Below, piece by piece: positions 9,790 through 26,968 of a stretch of 64,000 nt of DNA; position 1 is the stretch's first letter, and each line of letters opens with the position of its first letter. The translations under genes were made by a program, and so were the position numbers. Source of the DNA: Tilletiaria anomala UBC 951. Lineage: Eukaryota. The stretch covers positions 1 to 64,000 of the forward strand of contig NW_013547017.1 of NCBI RefSeq assembly GCF_000711695.1. Direction: 5' to 3'. Under the pieces are notes generated by a model that saw only the letters and a list, made by a program, of their open reading frames with translations, made no database searches and was not told where the DNA came from.

Positions 9790-11806
9790 TCATCGCCGCG
9801 TTGGGTTAATGATGTTGCTCGCGGCGGATAAAACGGCCTTTAGGCCTGCAGCGGTGATGTCGACGTCGATGCCGACGCCCCAGAAGCCAGTCGCCTTCCT
9901 GGCGCCGACGCGCTCGCTCTCGTCTGCGTCGACGAGCTCGACGTATGAGGCTGCTTGCGCCTTGGTCTTGCTGCCGCTGCGCTTGGTGTCGACAGCGGCA
10001 GCGCTGGGGATGGCGGCGCTGACACTGCTTACGGACGCGCCGCCGGCGATGAGCGAGGCTCGGTCGATGACATGCTCGCTGTACTCGCGCACGTTGGCCT
10101 GCACGCCGAATGCCTTCTCGAGCGCGTCGAGCAGCGCCGAGATGGCGCCGTTGCCGCTGCCGCGGAGCTTGTGCACCTGGCCGCCCTCGGCAATGTCGCC
10201 CTCGAACGTCAGCAGGCGCGGCGTCTCAGCGCCGGTACCAGCTGCGGAGAGCTCCTCGAGCATCGACGCGCTCAGGTCTGCCGGGAGCGCCTTAGCGGCG
10301 GAGAGCGTGAAGCTTCGCAGCGCAAAGCGCCCTTCATTCTTTCCCAGCTCCAACGACGGCAGGTGGTACGTCGTGGTAAAGGCGCGCGTGATATCCTCAG
10401 AAGTGATCTCCTTGCCGGTCCGGTCCGCAATCTCTTGGATCACTTGGTAGAATGCGATCTGCATCCGGCGCGGTAAGTCCAGGCCCAGTGCTTGCGCGAC
10501 AAGGTACGCGACACCGCCCTTGCCAGATTGCGAGTTGACGCGGATGACCGCCTCGTACGTCGCGCCGAGGTCGGCCGGGTCGATTGGTAGGTACGGAATG
10601 TCCCATACTGGATCACCTCTTGCCACACCCTCCTGGTGCACCACGAAGCCTTTCTTGATTGCATCCTGATGCGAGCCCGAGAAGGCGGTGAAGACGAGCT
10701 CACCGGCGTACGGATGCCGCGGGTGGACGGGGATGTCGTTGCAGCCCGACACGACGTCGACGATCGATTGGACATCGGACATATCCAGCGGGCCTGGTTG
10801 GATGCCCTGGCAGTATTGGTTCAGGGCGAGTGTGACAATGTCCACGTTACCCGTCCGCTCGCCATTGCCTAGCAGACACCCTTCAATGCGGTCCCCTCCG
10901 GCGAGCAAGCCCATCTCTGCTGCAGCGACTGCGCAGCCGCGGTCGTTGTGTGGATGCAGAGAAACGATGATTTCTTCGCGCTTACTGATGTGCGTGCAAA
11001 AGTACTCGATCTGGTCTGCGTAGTGATTTGGGGGGCCGATTTCGACCGTGGCGGGTAGGTTGAAGATGATCTTGTTCTCTTCGCTCGCGAGCCCCCACGC
11101 TTTCCGCACCTCCTCGCAGATCTCCACGGCAAAATCCATTTCGGTCTGGGTGAATGTCTCGGGCGAGTACTCGTACTTGAAGTTGGTCCCTCCGTTCTCG
11201 GGCTTGCTGTATTCGTCGACCAGCTCGCGGACAATCTTAGTGTGCTTGACGGCGAGGTCGATCGTTTGCTGCTGCGAGTTGCGAAAGACTACATTTCGGA
11301 AGAGGGATGAGGTGGCATTATACATGTGCATGATTACATTTTTGGCGCCCTTGATTGACTCGAAGGTCCGTCGGATGAGCTCCTCTCTAAAGGGGGAACG
11401 TATTGTAAGGTTTTAGCAGTGCAACCAGCTCAAGGCGGCAGCTTCGGGTTGGTGCTACGCTGACATACCTTGCTGGCGTCAAAACCTGAATGTAGACGTC
11501 GTCCGGGATCATATCATGCTCGATGATGTGCCTGACGAAGCCAAAGTCGGTATCGCTGCTGGAGGGGAACGCGACTTCGATCTCTTTGAAGCCGCACTCG
11601 ACGAGCTTGTTGAAGAAGCGCAGCTTCTGCTCGCCAGACATGGGCTTTACGAGGGCCTGGTTGCCGTCGCGCAGGTCTACACTGGTCCAGATGGGGCTAG
11701 TACGTTGCACACGGGTCGGCCATGTCCGGTTGGGCAGGTGGAGCGGGGTGTAGGGCCTGTACTTTTGCCCTGGCTCCATCGGCGGGCCGGCGAGTGCGCA
11801 CGGCAT
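9790..11806 (-). CDS. LEU4: 2-isopropylmalate synthase (one intron ~11468-11387)
   Basis: [79 protein letters not shown] and C-terminal regulatory domain GNGAISA. Confidence 0.96.
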
Positions 11807-12034
11807 TTTGGGGGTTGGAGCTGGGACTGGGTTGATGAAGTTGTTTGAACCTCCTTAGCTTGCACCCGTAGCAGGCCTTATAGCTTTGAGTGCTGTACTG
11901 CAACGCCTCTCAACTTGCTGCTAGATGGATGTGTGGAAGAAGTTCTGCTGAGGTTCGAAGGATGGATGAAGGATGAAATGGAATGCCATCATCACCACAG
12001 TCCTCAGCGCTTAGACGCGGCCACTCGAACAAGT

Positions 12035-12053
12035 CCGCTCCCGGGGTGAGTCA
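12035..12053. promoter_or_regulatory. Adjacent Leu3-type (CCG-N4-CGG, 12035-12044) and Gcn4/CpcA-type (TGAGTCA, 12047-12053) sites upstream of LEU4
   Basis: ccgctcccgg gg tgagtca about 230-250 bp upstream of the LEU4 ATG. Confidence 0.5.
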
Positions 12054-15000
12054 ACGTATTTGTCGCGCGGAAGTCCGGTATTATCATGAAGTGCTCATGG
12101 CTGCCCATTAGCAGACGAAGGAGCAACCCTAGTCTCAACCCCTAGAACTATAATAAATAATAAGCGAGAGGCTTTGTCCACACTCACTGAACCTCAATCC
12201 ATCTCTTCCATCGTCCCGCCTGCGCCTTGTACTCCACACGTTTGCATTCTCGTTGCGAAGCCAAATTCTCTCATCTGCGCCCCACACATAATACATGAGG
12301 TTTCGACGAATTGACAGCATCTTTCAGAGGGTCTAGCATAGGCGCGAAGCACCATTCGATCACTTTACCCATCTCAAAACCACAAGTCTACCGAATTCCA
12401 ACTGTCTTCGTGGTTTCCAACCTTTGAATTGTCTCCTAGTACAGGAGATGGATCATTACCAACGGCATTGTTCAGTTTCAGATTCGCCACTTATGGAGCT
12501 TCAACCCTCCATTCAATCTGATTCAGGTATGTTCTCGATCTATAATGCAAACTTGACTCTCATCTAAGCCCTGTCTTCAGCCTTGAAAGGCCACCGGAGT
12601 GGCTTCGCCATATGCTTAAGGATTGTGCAGATGACCCATCATGGCAAGTACGAACCGCGCAATTGTGCCTTTCTCGCCGCTTCAAGCAGTTGTGGTCAAA
12701 ATTCTCCGTCCGGGACGATGAATCAAACAGCCTTCACTCCTCTTTGCAGTGTGATTCACTCAGATTCTGATTTGAAGCATCCCTCAAGATAGATTGGGCC
12801 GCATTTGGTCGTCGATTCAAGATTGGAATCCATGACCAACAGCGTCCAGTGCCTCTCGTTGACGTGCTCCTGCAATGTCAATCGTTGGTATGGCGCTGCA
12901 AAACCATACCCCCCGCCTTGCAACGAAGGGCACACCCGGTTGAAGCGAACCGTCTGTACCGTTTGACGGTTTCATGAGGTTCGCGTAGACGGAGCTGAGC
13001 AATCTTAACACGCCAACCCCCGATCGATACCCTGTACTGGGCAGGCTTTGTCCCAGCGCCCATTGTGGGCCATCAGACATTACAGATACCTCTGCACTTT
13101 GCATTTTTGACCAATCGAGAACATTTTTTCGCTAACGTAGTATCACTATAGCACAACAAGCACAACATGGACAAATAATTTTTTACCTGACTCCTCTCTC
13201 GATTTAGTGGGTCTTTGCTCACTAATTCGGGGATAAAGACGTAGGCGAGCGCATATTGTTTGTTAATTCCGCACCAATCAGAAGGCAAGATCAAGCAAGG
13301 TGCCATGAACATGAATACTGACAATCTGTGTACGCCAAACAACAATTGTTATAAAATGCAGATCAGAAAAATGGAAGTCCCATTTTGGACCAGTACCTGT
13401 ATGGTGCTTGGGGTGCAGCCCAAAATGTCGAGAGGGTCCAGGCTGAAGCTTAACTCATGATATCATATGGACTTCACGTGTGGTGCGAAACTGGCGGTGA
13501 TAATGTATTTCCCTGTGTAGTCTGGACTCTCACTCCCCGCGGCGTCAGCTGCAGCTGACAACTTAGTGCACGTAGTCGTATCACCGCGATCTCGTTCTTC
13601 GATATGGACGATATGCGCAGACTTCTTGCATTTTCTCATTACTTCATCCCAACGGGAGTGTGCTTGGGTAGCTGTGATTCGTGCCTTAACGTGAGAGGTT
13701 ATTTGGACGCCGGTTCATGGAGAGCGGCATCAGTCACAAGACAATATTCAGCGTCGCTCAGGCAGCTTCGAGCCATGCCGTTGGCCCCCGAAACCCTTCA
13801 ATCTGGTGCCTCAATTCAAGGATCCCCTTTATTTTCAGCAATGGCGACCCAGCCCTATTCTAAAATGATCGTACTCACCCAGAAGGAGTAATTAGGCGCG
13901 CTTAGGGGGTAAGCACGCGTAAAATTCAACTCTGGGTACACCAGACAAAGTAACAAAATGATTGCGAGTCGTCAACTTAGGCGAACGACGGGAGAAGCGG
14001 GAAGATTCAACGGAGATACTACTTGCGACTGACATTTTTTTCGAGGATCTCATTCGCAACCACAGAATGGCTTGAGGGAGAAAATACTGAGCTTCTGTCA
14101 GCGTGTTTCTGAAGGTCATGCAAACCCTTTTGAGCTTGGTCCAATGTTTGATTCATAGACGCAATTCCCTCGCTTTCCATAATATTACGCACCGAGCATC
14201 GAATCCTCATACCTTTCGACCGGAATTATTATTCACAATGCTCAGTAATTGTATGCAACCTTCGCACAGAGCTCCACTTCGACGATACCAGTCTGCCGTA
14301 CCAGGAAATGCCTTGTGGGGTGGTTCTGGCTTCTTGGCATGGCCCCATATTAGCAGACCTAGAGTATCCATCGTTTCCCATGAAGACGCACTTGCAACCG
14401 TCCTTCCTCGGCAATGCTTGGACACCGGGAACGGAAGCCGTTGTGTTCAAGATACTGTTGAAGTCGTTGTCACGCCTCGCCTCTTCATTGAAGGTTCCTG
14501 CTTCTACCGTTCATGCCCCTTTCTATATTCCAAATTATCTTGGTGGTTGGGAGGGCCATTCCGATCTTCGCCAGTGAGTTACTAAAAGATGGCTAGAATT
14601 TTTGCAGAGCACAAAGGCATGGCTTCCAGGAGCGTCAATGTAAAGAATAAGGGAATGGTATCTACGTGTAGCTCTTTGTTGCTAAGCCGCAGCCACCTCT
14701 TGTTTCCGAAGTTGAGTATCAGATACGCCTCCCACATTAGCATGGTAGATATGGCATCATGTGAACAGGGATGGACAGGCCGATATTCTTGCAACCAAAA
14801 TCCTCGAAATGCTGCCGCTGGCTTCCAGTTACATGCTATTTCCAGCATGCCGAAGGCACATACGGGGTATACAACTAACATGCGAGTGGGAATGGGAAAA
14901 GCACCTCTATCCATGTCGATTCCTCAACCCCACACGCCACCTTTTATGCATCGCTGAACCATTTTCGAAGGAACCAATTTGTAGCATGTCAATCTTTCAA

Positions 15001-18000
15001 AGTCATGTTGCTCCATACATAGCTCTCGCAGGTCTGGCGAGGGACTAGTTCCGGAAGCCTGACGGACGAAGTGTTGTGCAAAGACTGGTCAAGAGAGTGA
15101 ATGGAAAGTCGCACACATAGTCATTCAGTAGTCCAGAACAAGATCATCAAAACAGCGTGCTAATTGGGTCGCTCATGAGCGTACATTGATCATTGCGTAC
15201 ATGTATGATGACCGGTGTTTCGTGCATAGTGACTTTTGTCGATCTGCCTCACCACGTCCACCTTCGAAGTTATGTCGGCGGTTCAGGCGGAGAGCAAGCG
15301 CGCGGACGCTGTGACGTTGCGGAGCATGGCCTGTTCGCAAGTGCGTTCAATTTCATGTATTTGATTGCGGCAGCTGGAAGCTCCGAAGTTTGAGAACTCT
15401 TCTAGTGACGCCTAACACCGCCTTTGGACAGAAGGCTCCTTCGACCTCTTCCTTTTGATCAATTTCAAGTGTATTTGTAGCCCCTGGACCCGGATTTATC
15501 ACTATAGTCTCCTATCCCCCATTTTCTGCGCGTAAAGAGTCATACATTTGGGGCTTGGACTGTGGCAATGTACTTGGCAAAAGATGGCGCTGACCACATA
15601 CTGTCTGTCCTCGGGCGGGCGATGACGGGCCAAAAGCTTGGAGCTTGCTGGAGGGAGCCAAAAATTACCCAAATTTTGAGGGTCTCAAGTTCACATCTTG
15701 GCTTGCCATGTTTTGGCACACTTGAAAGTTCAGGCTTGAATGTGCTCTTTCATCGCCAGTGCTCACCGTCAAGGAGAAGAAATAGGGAGGAGTATCCATC
15801 CTTAACTTTCTTGGACCTCGCTGTTGAGCTTCCACCCTGAAAGGAGGGCACAGAATAACAAGTGGAGTTGCACTTGCATTCAAAGCACTTCTGAGCAGCA
15901 ATGTAGCATCTTTATATGTACACAAAACGTCTCCGCTCATGAGCTCCCAGTCTCGAGAACTTTAGGCAACACGATGCGCCAAGAGTAAGTTGGAAATTGT
16001 AGTCCTACTTATTAAGGCCGTGATAAAGAGTTGGCCACTATAATGCTGCAATGGAAGCGATCACTGTATCCGTCCCATCAGGTAGTTCCACCGTCTCCCT
16101 GGTACCTTTCTCAACCTGACCTTCGACGTGCTCATTCGCTATGAGCGCATCTTTCGCTTTGGACACACGTGGGTCTTCACAGGAAGGATGAGGGCCGGGA
16201 GTCGCGCGCTTCACAATCTGCAAAGAGTGCAATTCGATGACATCGGCTGCAGATATGGTGCTCCCGGCAGCCAACTGCGATAGAAGCACGGGACCTGCGA
16301 AAGATGGAATCACCCTGCGAAGACTTGTACGTTGCCAATTTAACGTTGAGATGGATTGTGCCGGTGACAAAAGAAGTCCAAGTCCATGCATCCATATTGC
16401 CTTCATCCTGAAATGGGCTGCGCCAAGGGGAGGTGGAAAGCCCTGTGGCCGGAACTCAGGGCATGGATCTCGACTTTTGAGGTCCCGCTTCCCCTTTGCA
16501 CAATCTAAGTTTCGGCCTGATCTGTGCTATTCACATGCACGCCTTCTCCACAACATTCTGGTGGGAGGTCTCATACCAAGGGGCAATATACATCTCATGC
16601 AGCATTTACTGGTGGTATTGACTGGTATCGTCCAAGCGGGTCGAGAATATTACGCACCAGTATCGGCTGCATTAAACGATAATGGACGAAACAAAGCAGG
16701 GATTTTAGACATCAAAATTACGTCAGTAGGGGCGCCATTAGCCCAATGTTCGCGTCTGCGAAGCAAATGGAGGACCGGAAAGCCGAAGGGTTTGCATCTC
16801 CTTCAAGGATTTGAGGGCAAAACGACAGACTCTCCTCACCTACGCCCTCCCGTGGAGGCGAATTAGACACTTTAAATAGTATCTGATGCGCAGGAGAGAA
16901 ATGTGCCCTTTCCTCGCGCTTGTCCTGCACACGCCCGAGCTTGGGTCTTGCCACTGCATTAAGATCCTGTGTCTCGTACACCCAAAGCTGACCAGAACGA
17001 CCAAAAACCCCTTCCGCCTCCCCAATTATTTTTTCTGGGTTATCGCTGTCCCCCATATATCATCCCCAGACGCCATTGAGTACCGAAAATTCGAGCTGTG
17101 AATTCAGGGGCAGAGTAGAGCGTGTTTGGGGCCAACAGCATGGCTGGAAGCTGCCGGAGCAAGGGCAGATTGTAACTTGATGAAGCTAGTGGTCATGCGG
17201 CCCCCGCATGATGGTCGTGCTGCAAGAAGTGCAGTTATCCATGCGAAATTCCGGTTGTAACAAGCAAGGATATTCAGCCATAATAGTAGCGAGCTGCGAC
17301 CGGCGGGATCGAGCTTCTGGATTTGAGGCGCCTTAGTGGAGAGGAGCGAGCAAGGTGGTTTCATGGATAGTACGATTTCTCCGAAGCGCAAGTAGGGTTA
17401 TTCCACTTTTGACTTCATTCGCTTCTTTTTCTGCGCTGGAGGGCGCTGGTACTCCCTCACCGCACGCTGATCGTTGCTGCAAGTACAAGTCATGTGTGCA
17501 AGGACACTGCTAGTCAGATCCATGATGTCAATCAATAGAATATTGATGATGCAGAAGTTGTATATTGAGGAGTGCGCAGAGAGGAGAGCCTGGGTTTTGG
17601 AAACATCGAACTTCGAAGCCGATGGCCTTGATTTTTGTAACTCACGCTGGTATGAGTTTTGCTCGGAGCTCGTTGGACTAAGATGTCCAATTCGGTCAAC
17701 TCTCGAAACGAAGACATGGGTTTTTTGATCTACGCGTCTGACGAGCTCGTTCAGTCGTCTCGCCTCCCCCTCGTATTCGACTGTCTATGCAATGCGGGCA
17801 GCATGGTAACCCATCAAGGAAGTACACAGACTTCGAGCGTCAAGGCAACCTGAAGCTACAAACACACGACTTGCTAAAAGCCACATTCAATCGATTGTTG
17901 ACGATGGCTCCCTCGTTCTCATCGATGTCGTGGACTCTTGGGCCATTAGGCGGCGGGCTTTGGGGCTAGGCTGCAGTCGGCCGCGGAATGAGTCCTTTTC

Positions 18001-18243
18001 AAGACGGCATCAACTGACACTCGAGGGAGTTTAATTAGGGTTGGTGTACCCCACCTATAGAGAGATTTGCACGTGGCGCGTCTGTCCAGACCAAGGCAGA
18101 GTACATACCGTGTCACACCACACCACCACTTCGTCCCTACCAAGAGTATGGCATTGTAGTCTGCTTGTCTCCAGCTCTCGACTGACAGTCATCTCCTTGG
18201 TATCGACGCCGCTCGGCATACAGCCTCCGGTAATGACGCACTG

Positions 18244-22955
<4,712 letters not shown>

Positions 22956-23218
22956 GACAGATGTATAGAGCCACTAGCAAGTGCATTCTTGTGTCTGATC
23001 ATTGCAAAAGAATCTGACCTGTAAAAAATAGGAGCTATCGGGCCACAGGCTAGCTGGAGCTCCATGAGCTTGCCGTGATGGTGCGCATGGGTAAAAAGCA
23101 ATTGAAGGTTGACTTTGAAGAATTAACTCTAGATCGTAAATGTAACAAGGACGGTTGTCCCCTGGTAGTCCATTCTACTCGATGAGGGAAAATGCGGTTG
23201 ATCAATGTTGAGTTGGCA

Positions 23219-24322
23219 CTACTCTGTGTGTCTGAACATTGCATTCCTGTAATACGAACGGTGCGAGCCAGAGTGAGACGGCCTGTTGTGTGTGTAACGC
23301 TCGAAGTCGCACGCTGTAGCGTTGATTACGGGTGGAAGTGGATCGTATGGCCATGACATCGGGCCCGCATGTGCGCCGAGTCCAGCGTGCATACCTGACA
23401 TGCTTAGGGACAGGTGATTCGGAGTGAGCTGAGGCTTCAGCATTGGCATTGTGGTCGACGGTGAAAAGGACGATAGTAGCGACACGTGAACATTGTCGAA
23501 GCCGGCAGTGCTGTGTGCGCTGTAAGGACTGCCGGGCAGCGAGCTGAACGGGCTATCTGTACTGAAGGCGCCTCCTGGGCTGGTTACGGTCGAGTCGCTG
23601 CTGCCACTGGATTCGAAACCGTTGGTCAAGGCCGGTAATATGCTGGAGGCGCCGAATGTTGTGTCACGAGCGATGCCCGTGCGAGCTTGCATTGCCAGCG
23701 CTGACGGGCTAATGGGAAAGGCTGAGTCGAAGGAGGCGTCCGACACCTTTTCCTTGCGCTTCAACTTCAGTGCTTCCTCACTGAGCAGGGCTGAATGGCT
23801 TCGGCGGGAGTGCTTGGTAAGCGTTGTCTTACGGCAGAAAGCCTTGCCGCAGCCATCGACCAAGCAACGGTAGGGGCGGCGTCCAAAGTGGACCCGACGG
23901 TGACGAGCCAAGGAGCTCGAGTCGGAGAAGGCCTTGTTGCATGTGTCGCAAACGTGTGGTTTCTCGCCTGTGTGGGTCCTGATGTGCACCATGCACGCCG
24001 ACTTTTGAATGAACGACTTGCCACAAGAGGCTATAGGACAGCTGTACGGGCGGTCGTCATTGTGAATGCGTGCATGCTGCAAGAAAAGAAATGTCACGGC
24101 CCGTTGGTCCCTCATGAAGAGATAAGCATTCACCCACTCTGACCAAATCCGACCGCCGAGCGAAAGCCTTGGAACATCCTGCGAAGGCGCATTGGAAGGG
24201 CCGATGCTCCAGCCGATAGTCGTCGTGAACAAGTTCTGGAGACAAAGATTGCGCAGCTCCCGCATCAGTGGCTCAGAAGCCTTGCTTAACCGGACACACG
24301 AGCACTCACCCAGGATGTCCAT
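23219..24322 (-). CDS. rbf1: C2H2 zinc-finger transcription factor with four N-terminal fingers, Rbf1 (Ustilago)/Znf2 (Cryptococcus)-like; exons 24322-24310, 24235-24138, 24076-23219; 322 aa
   Basis: MDILELVHDD...RPFQCAFAGCSKAFARRSDLVRHARIH, SFIQKSACMVHIRTHTGEKP, KAFSDSSSLARHRRVH, FCRKTTLTKH, then a Ser/Pro-rich tail; C2H2 identity is certain, orthology is from recall only. Confidence 0.8.
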   Translation of the reverse strand: MDILGECSCVRLSKASEPLMRELRNLCLQNLFTTTIGWSIGPSNAPSQDVPRLSLGGRIWSEWVNAYLFMRDQRAVTFLFLQHARIHNDDRPYSCPIASCGKSFIQKSACMVHIRTHTGEKPHVCDTCNKAFSDSSSLARHRRVHFGRRPYRCLVDGCGKAFCRKTTLTKHSRRSHSALLSEEALKLKRKEKVSDASFDSAFPISPSALAMQARTGIARDTTFGASSILPALTNGFESSGSSDSTVTSPGGAFSTDSPFSSLPGSPYSAHSTAGFDNVHVSLLSSFSPSTTMPMLKPQLTPNHLSLSMSGMHAGLGAHAGPMSWPYDPLPPVINATACDFERYTHNRPSHSGSHRSYYRNAMFRHTE

Positions 24323-26968
24323 AGTCGACGTAATGGACAGGGTCTTCGCTTGGAAAATGAAACTGAGGTGTGAAAACAAGCTCTGTGGAGCTGGGCGGGG
24401 ATTTTCGAGTATGCTGGAAGCAAGTCGCTGACTCTTAAGTAGCATGTCCTTCCTTCCCGCCACGAACACACATTTTGTCAAGGGTCACAGGTTGGCTTTT
24501 GTTAGATGAAGTACTGCTCGCTTTGACCCATCTCGAAGCGTTGAGCAGAGTAGAGCGAGGGTGTCAGCGAGCAGGGCGCAAATATAAAGCTCGCCAGTCA
24601 CAACCGTCCTTGTGTTGCGATCGTCCAATGCCTGGAGTCGTGGCACCAATTCATCGGTGCCCTCGCTTGCCTTCATGGCCCAGGACTCCGAGGACTGTGC
24701 TTTCTTGACCGATGGAAGGGCTTGTGACTAAATTTAATTTTCGAAATGCCGCTCGGTATGCATTCGCAATTCGTCATGTCAATGTTGTAGATCAGACGCT
24801 GTGCGCCTATATTCTGGACCCTGCCACACATCCTTTGAGCCTAGCGTCCGCCCTGAGCGCCTGAGCACCTGTTGACATCGTCGTCCACAGAAATGAGTCG
24901 GGGAATCAGCCACCCAACTTGAAAGCTCGTAAAGGGGCACGTACGTACTGATAGCTGCTGACAGGGCAGCGAAAGGCCAGGCGGAGGTGGTTCATTGCAT
25001 CGAAATGTTCACACGTGTCAGCCGTATGAGTGGCGGCACAGCGGCCAGAAATCACAAGGGTCATAAACAAATAGATTCGCTTCGTTGGTGACAATGGCGA
25101 CCTTGCAGCAACTCTGTGAAACCCTCGCCTTTGTTCAAGCAGCGATCAGGCAAAATGAGGTCCGTGCGACTATCGCTTTTCAATTTTGTTGATGCGACGC
25201 ATAGGGACTCGGATTCACAAGTAACTGTGGATCGCCACCCACTGCCACCAGAGACAGTGACTGGAAACGAAAGATTGCCAACGAGCAATAATGTCAGTCG
25301 TCGTCAGATACTTCTCGGTGAGCAGGACGAGCTGCGTGATCGGCTCGTACAACAATGAAGATTACATTGCGCCCAATTCCCGTACCATGCGACTTGAGTA
25401 GGCGTTGACATATGTGGGTGCACATAGGGCTTCACTCAGTAAGGTGGGTGCGGAACGGAAGCTTGGCATTAGTTGATCAAAGATAACATCGAATGGCTTG
25501 GGTCCTAGAGCAGCGAACGTCGAAGCACACGTGTTGGGGAACCAGCCTCGCTCCCACCGCCCTTTGATTATTCTGCAGTGTGATCGCAGGCGCAATATAA
25601 ATTCCCCATCCAAGAATCGGGGAAGAATTCTAGCTGCTGCAGGTCCATGTGAAAGCTGCCACGTAGCTGGGTCCAGAGAGGTATGCAGTTTCCCAGAGGA
25701 TGGCCCGTGGCGAGTGCCTTGTTCGTCCGGCTCTGACACCAAGGACAACCCGAGAAGTGGGAGGCAGGAATTTCCAATAGGTAATCGTAGCTAAAACGAG
25801 GATGGACTTCTGTCATTTCATATTCATACGCGCGGTCAGATCCCCTCCCTCCCACGTCTCTGTCCTGTCCTAAAAGGGCATAACATGGTACGGCTGTACT
25901 GCAATCGTCGTCGCCTTAGACACACCATTGACAGGACGGCAACGTGCTGCGGGCAAAAATTGCCCAGCGACGGTCTTGCTGCTAGGCAGAGAAGGCATCA
26001 TGATCTTCGGGGAGAGCGCCGGGTGCCCTTCAGAGGTTCTACAGGTACGCGGTATATAAAAAAACACCTGCAACGCCAAAAATGACTTGATTGAACATAT
26101 GAGATCGTTTTAGTTTGGAGCCGATTTGCTGCCGAAGGCACGAGCGGGCGCGCAATTAGCGTCGCCCCAGGGTAAGCAGCTCCTTTTCGGTAGCCTTCGC
26201 CGGGCTCATCGCTGGGGCCATGCACTGACAGACTAGTGAGCAACTCGTTATTTCGACCTAGAAACGGGCATCGATGGCTGATGCTCAGGAACTGATCAGA
26301 GCAGGTAGCGGGTGGTACCAATGCACGAGGCGGGGAAGAGAAGCAAGGTCAATCAAGAAGTGCGTTGTCGGAACAGCGATGAATCTCTAAAGTGACGGTC
26401 AGAGCCGACATTGAGACGTCGGAGTGGCGCTCGAGCTACATAACAAGCAGCACGAGCTCCACAGGTCCACAGAGGCTCATACATGTGTTCACCACCTACA
26501 TGTAGATTGAAATGGCTGCTTGCAGCTTGGGCAAGAGGGCTTGATCGAGGTCTGATATTCAGAACCCAAGCTTGTTTCCGTCTGCCATTCAGCATTCTCA
26601 TTGTCAGTATCGTCAGCTCTCCCTATAGGGAAAAACATAGACAATCTGAACCCTCAGTGATGGTAAGGTTGAAACACCGGTCGGGCGCTAAGGCCGTCCG
26701 GGGCGGTTACATGTTAGCAGCGCCGCATTCAGATCCATCAACCGAGGCGAAAGGCCGTATAGATAAGCGATATGAAGTAACCGGCAACGTTCGCCTTGCG
26801 CAGCATTCTTGATTTTTACATAGACAGGCACCACACAAGCAGGACGTCGAACTTTTCGCTGGCAATGAACGATGACATTGCATGCTGGCGCTCCTGAGAG
26901 AAACCAAGAGCTCGTGTCCACAAAATCGCTGATTTTCTAGTCCTTCAGCTGGACGCCAGGTGCGGACC

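Noticed and set aside
9665..10476. Long plus-strand ORFs (261 aa, 173 aa) opposite LEU4, and similar antisense ORFs opposite Atg11, the helicase and the 4.5-7.1 kb gene
   Set aside because: Shadow ORFs expected from GC-rich codon bias of the true gene on the other strand
1472..11806. Biosynthetic (RiPP) gene cluster around the secreted repeat protein
   Set aside because: Downstream neighbours are housekeeping genes; no DUF3328/UstYa oxidase, peptidase or transporter in the window (the upstream side is cut off)
16237..16866. 209-aa plus-strand ORF
   Set aside because: No codon bias or motif; composition looks like translated non-coding DNA
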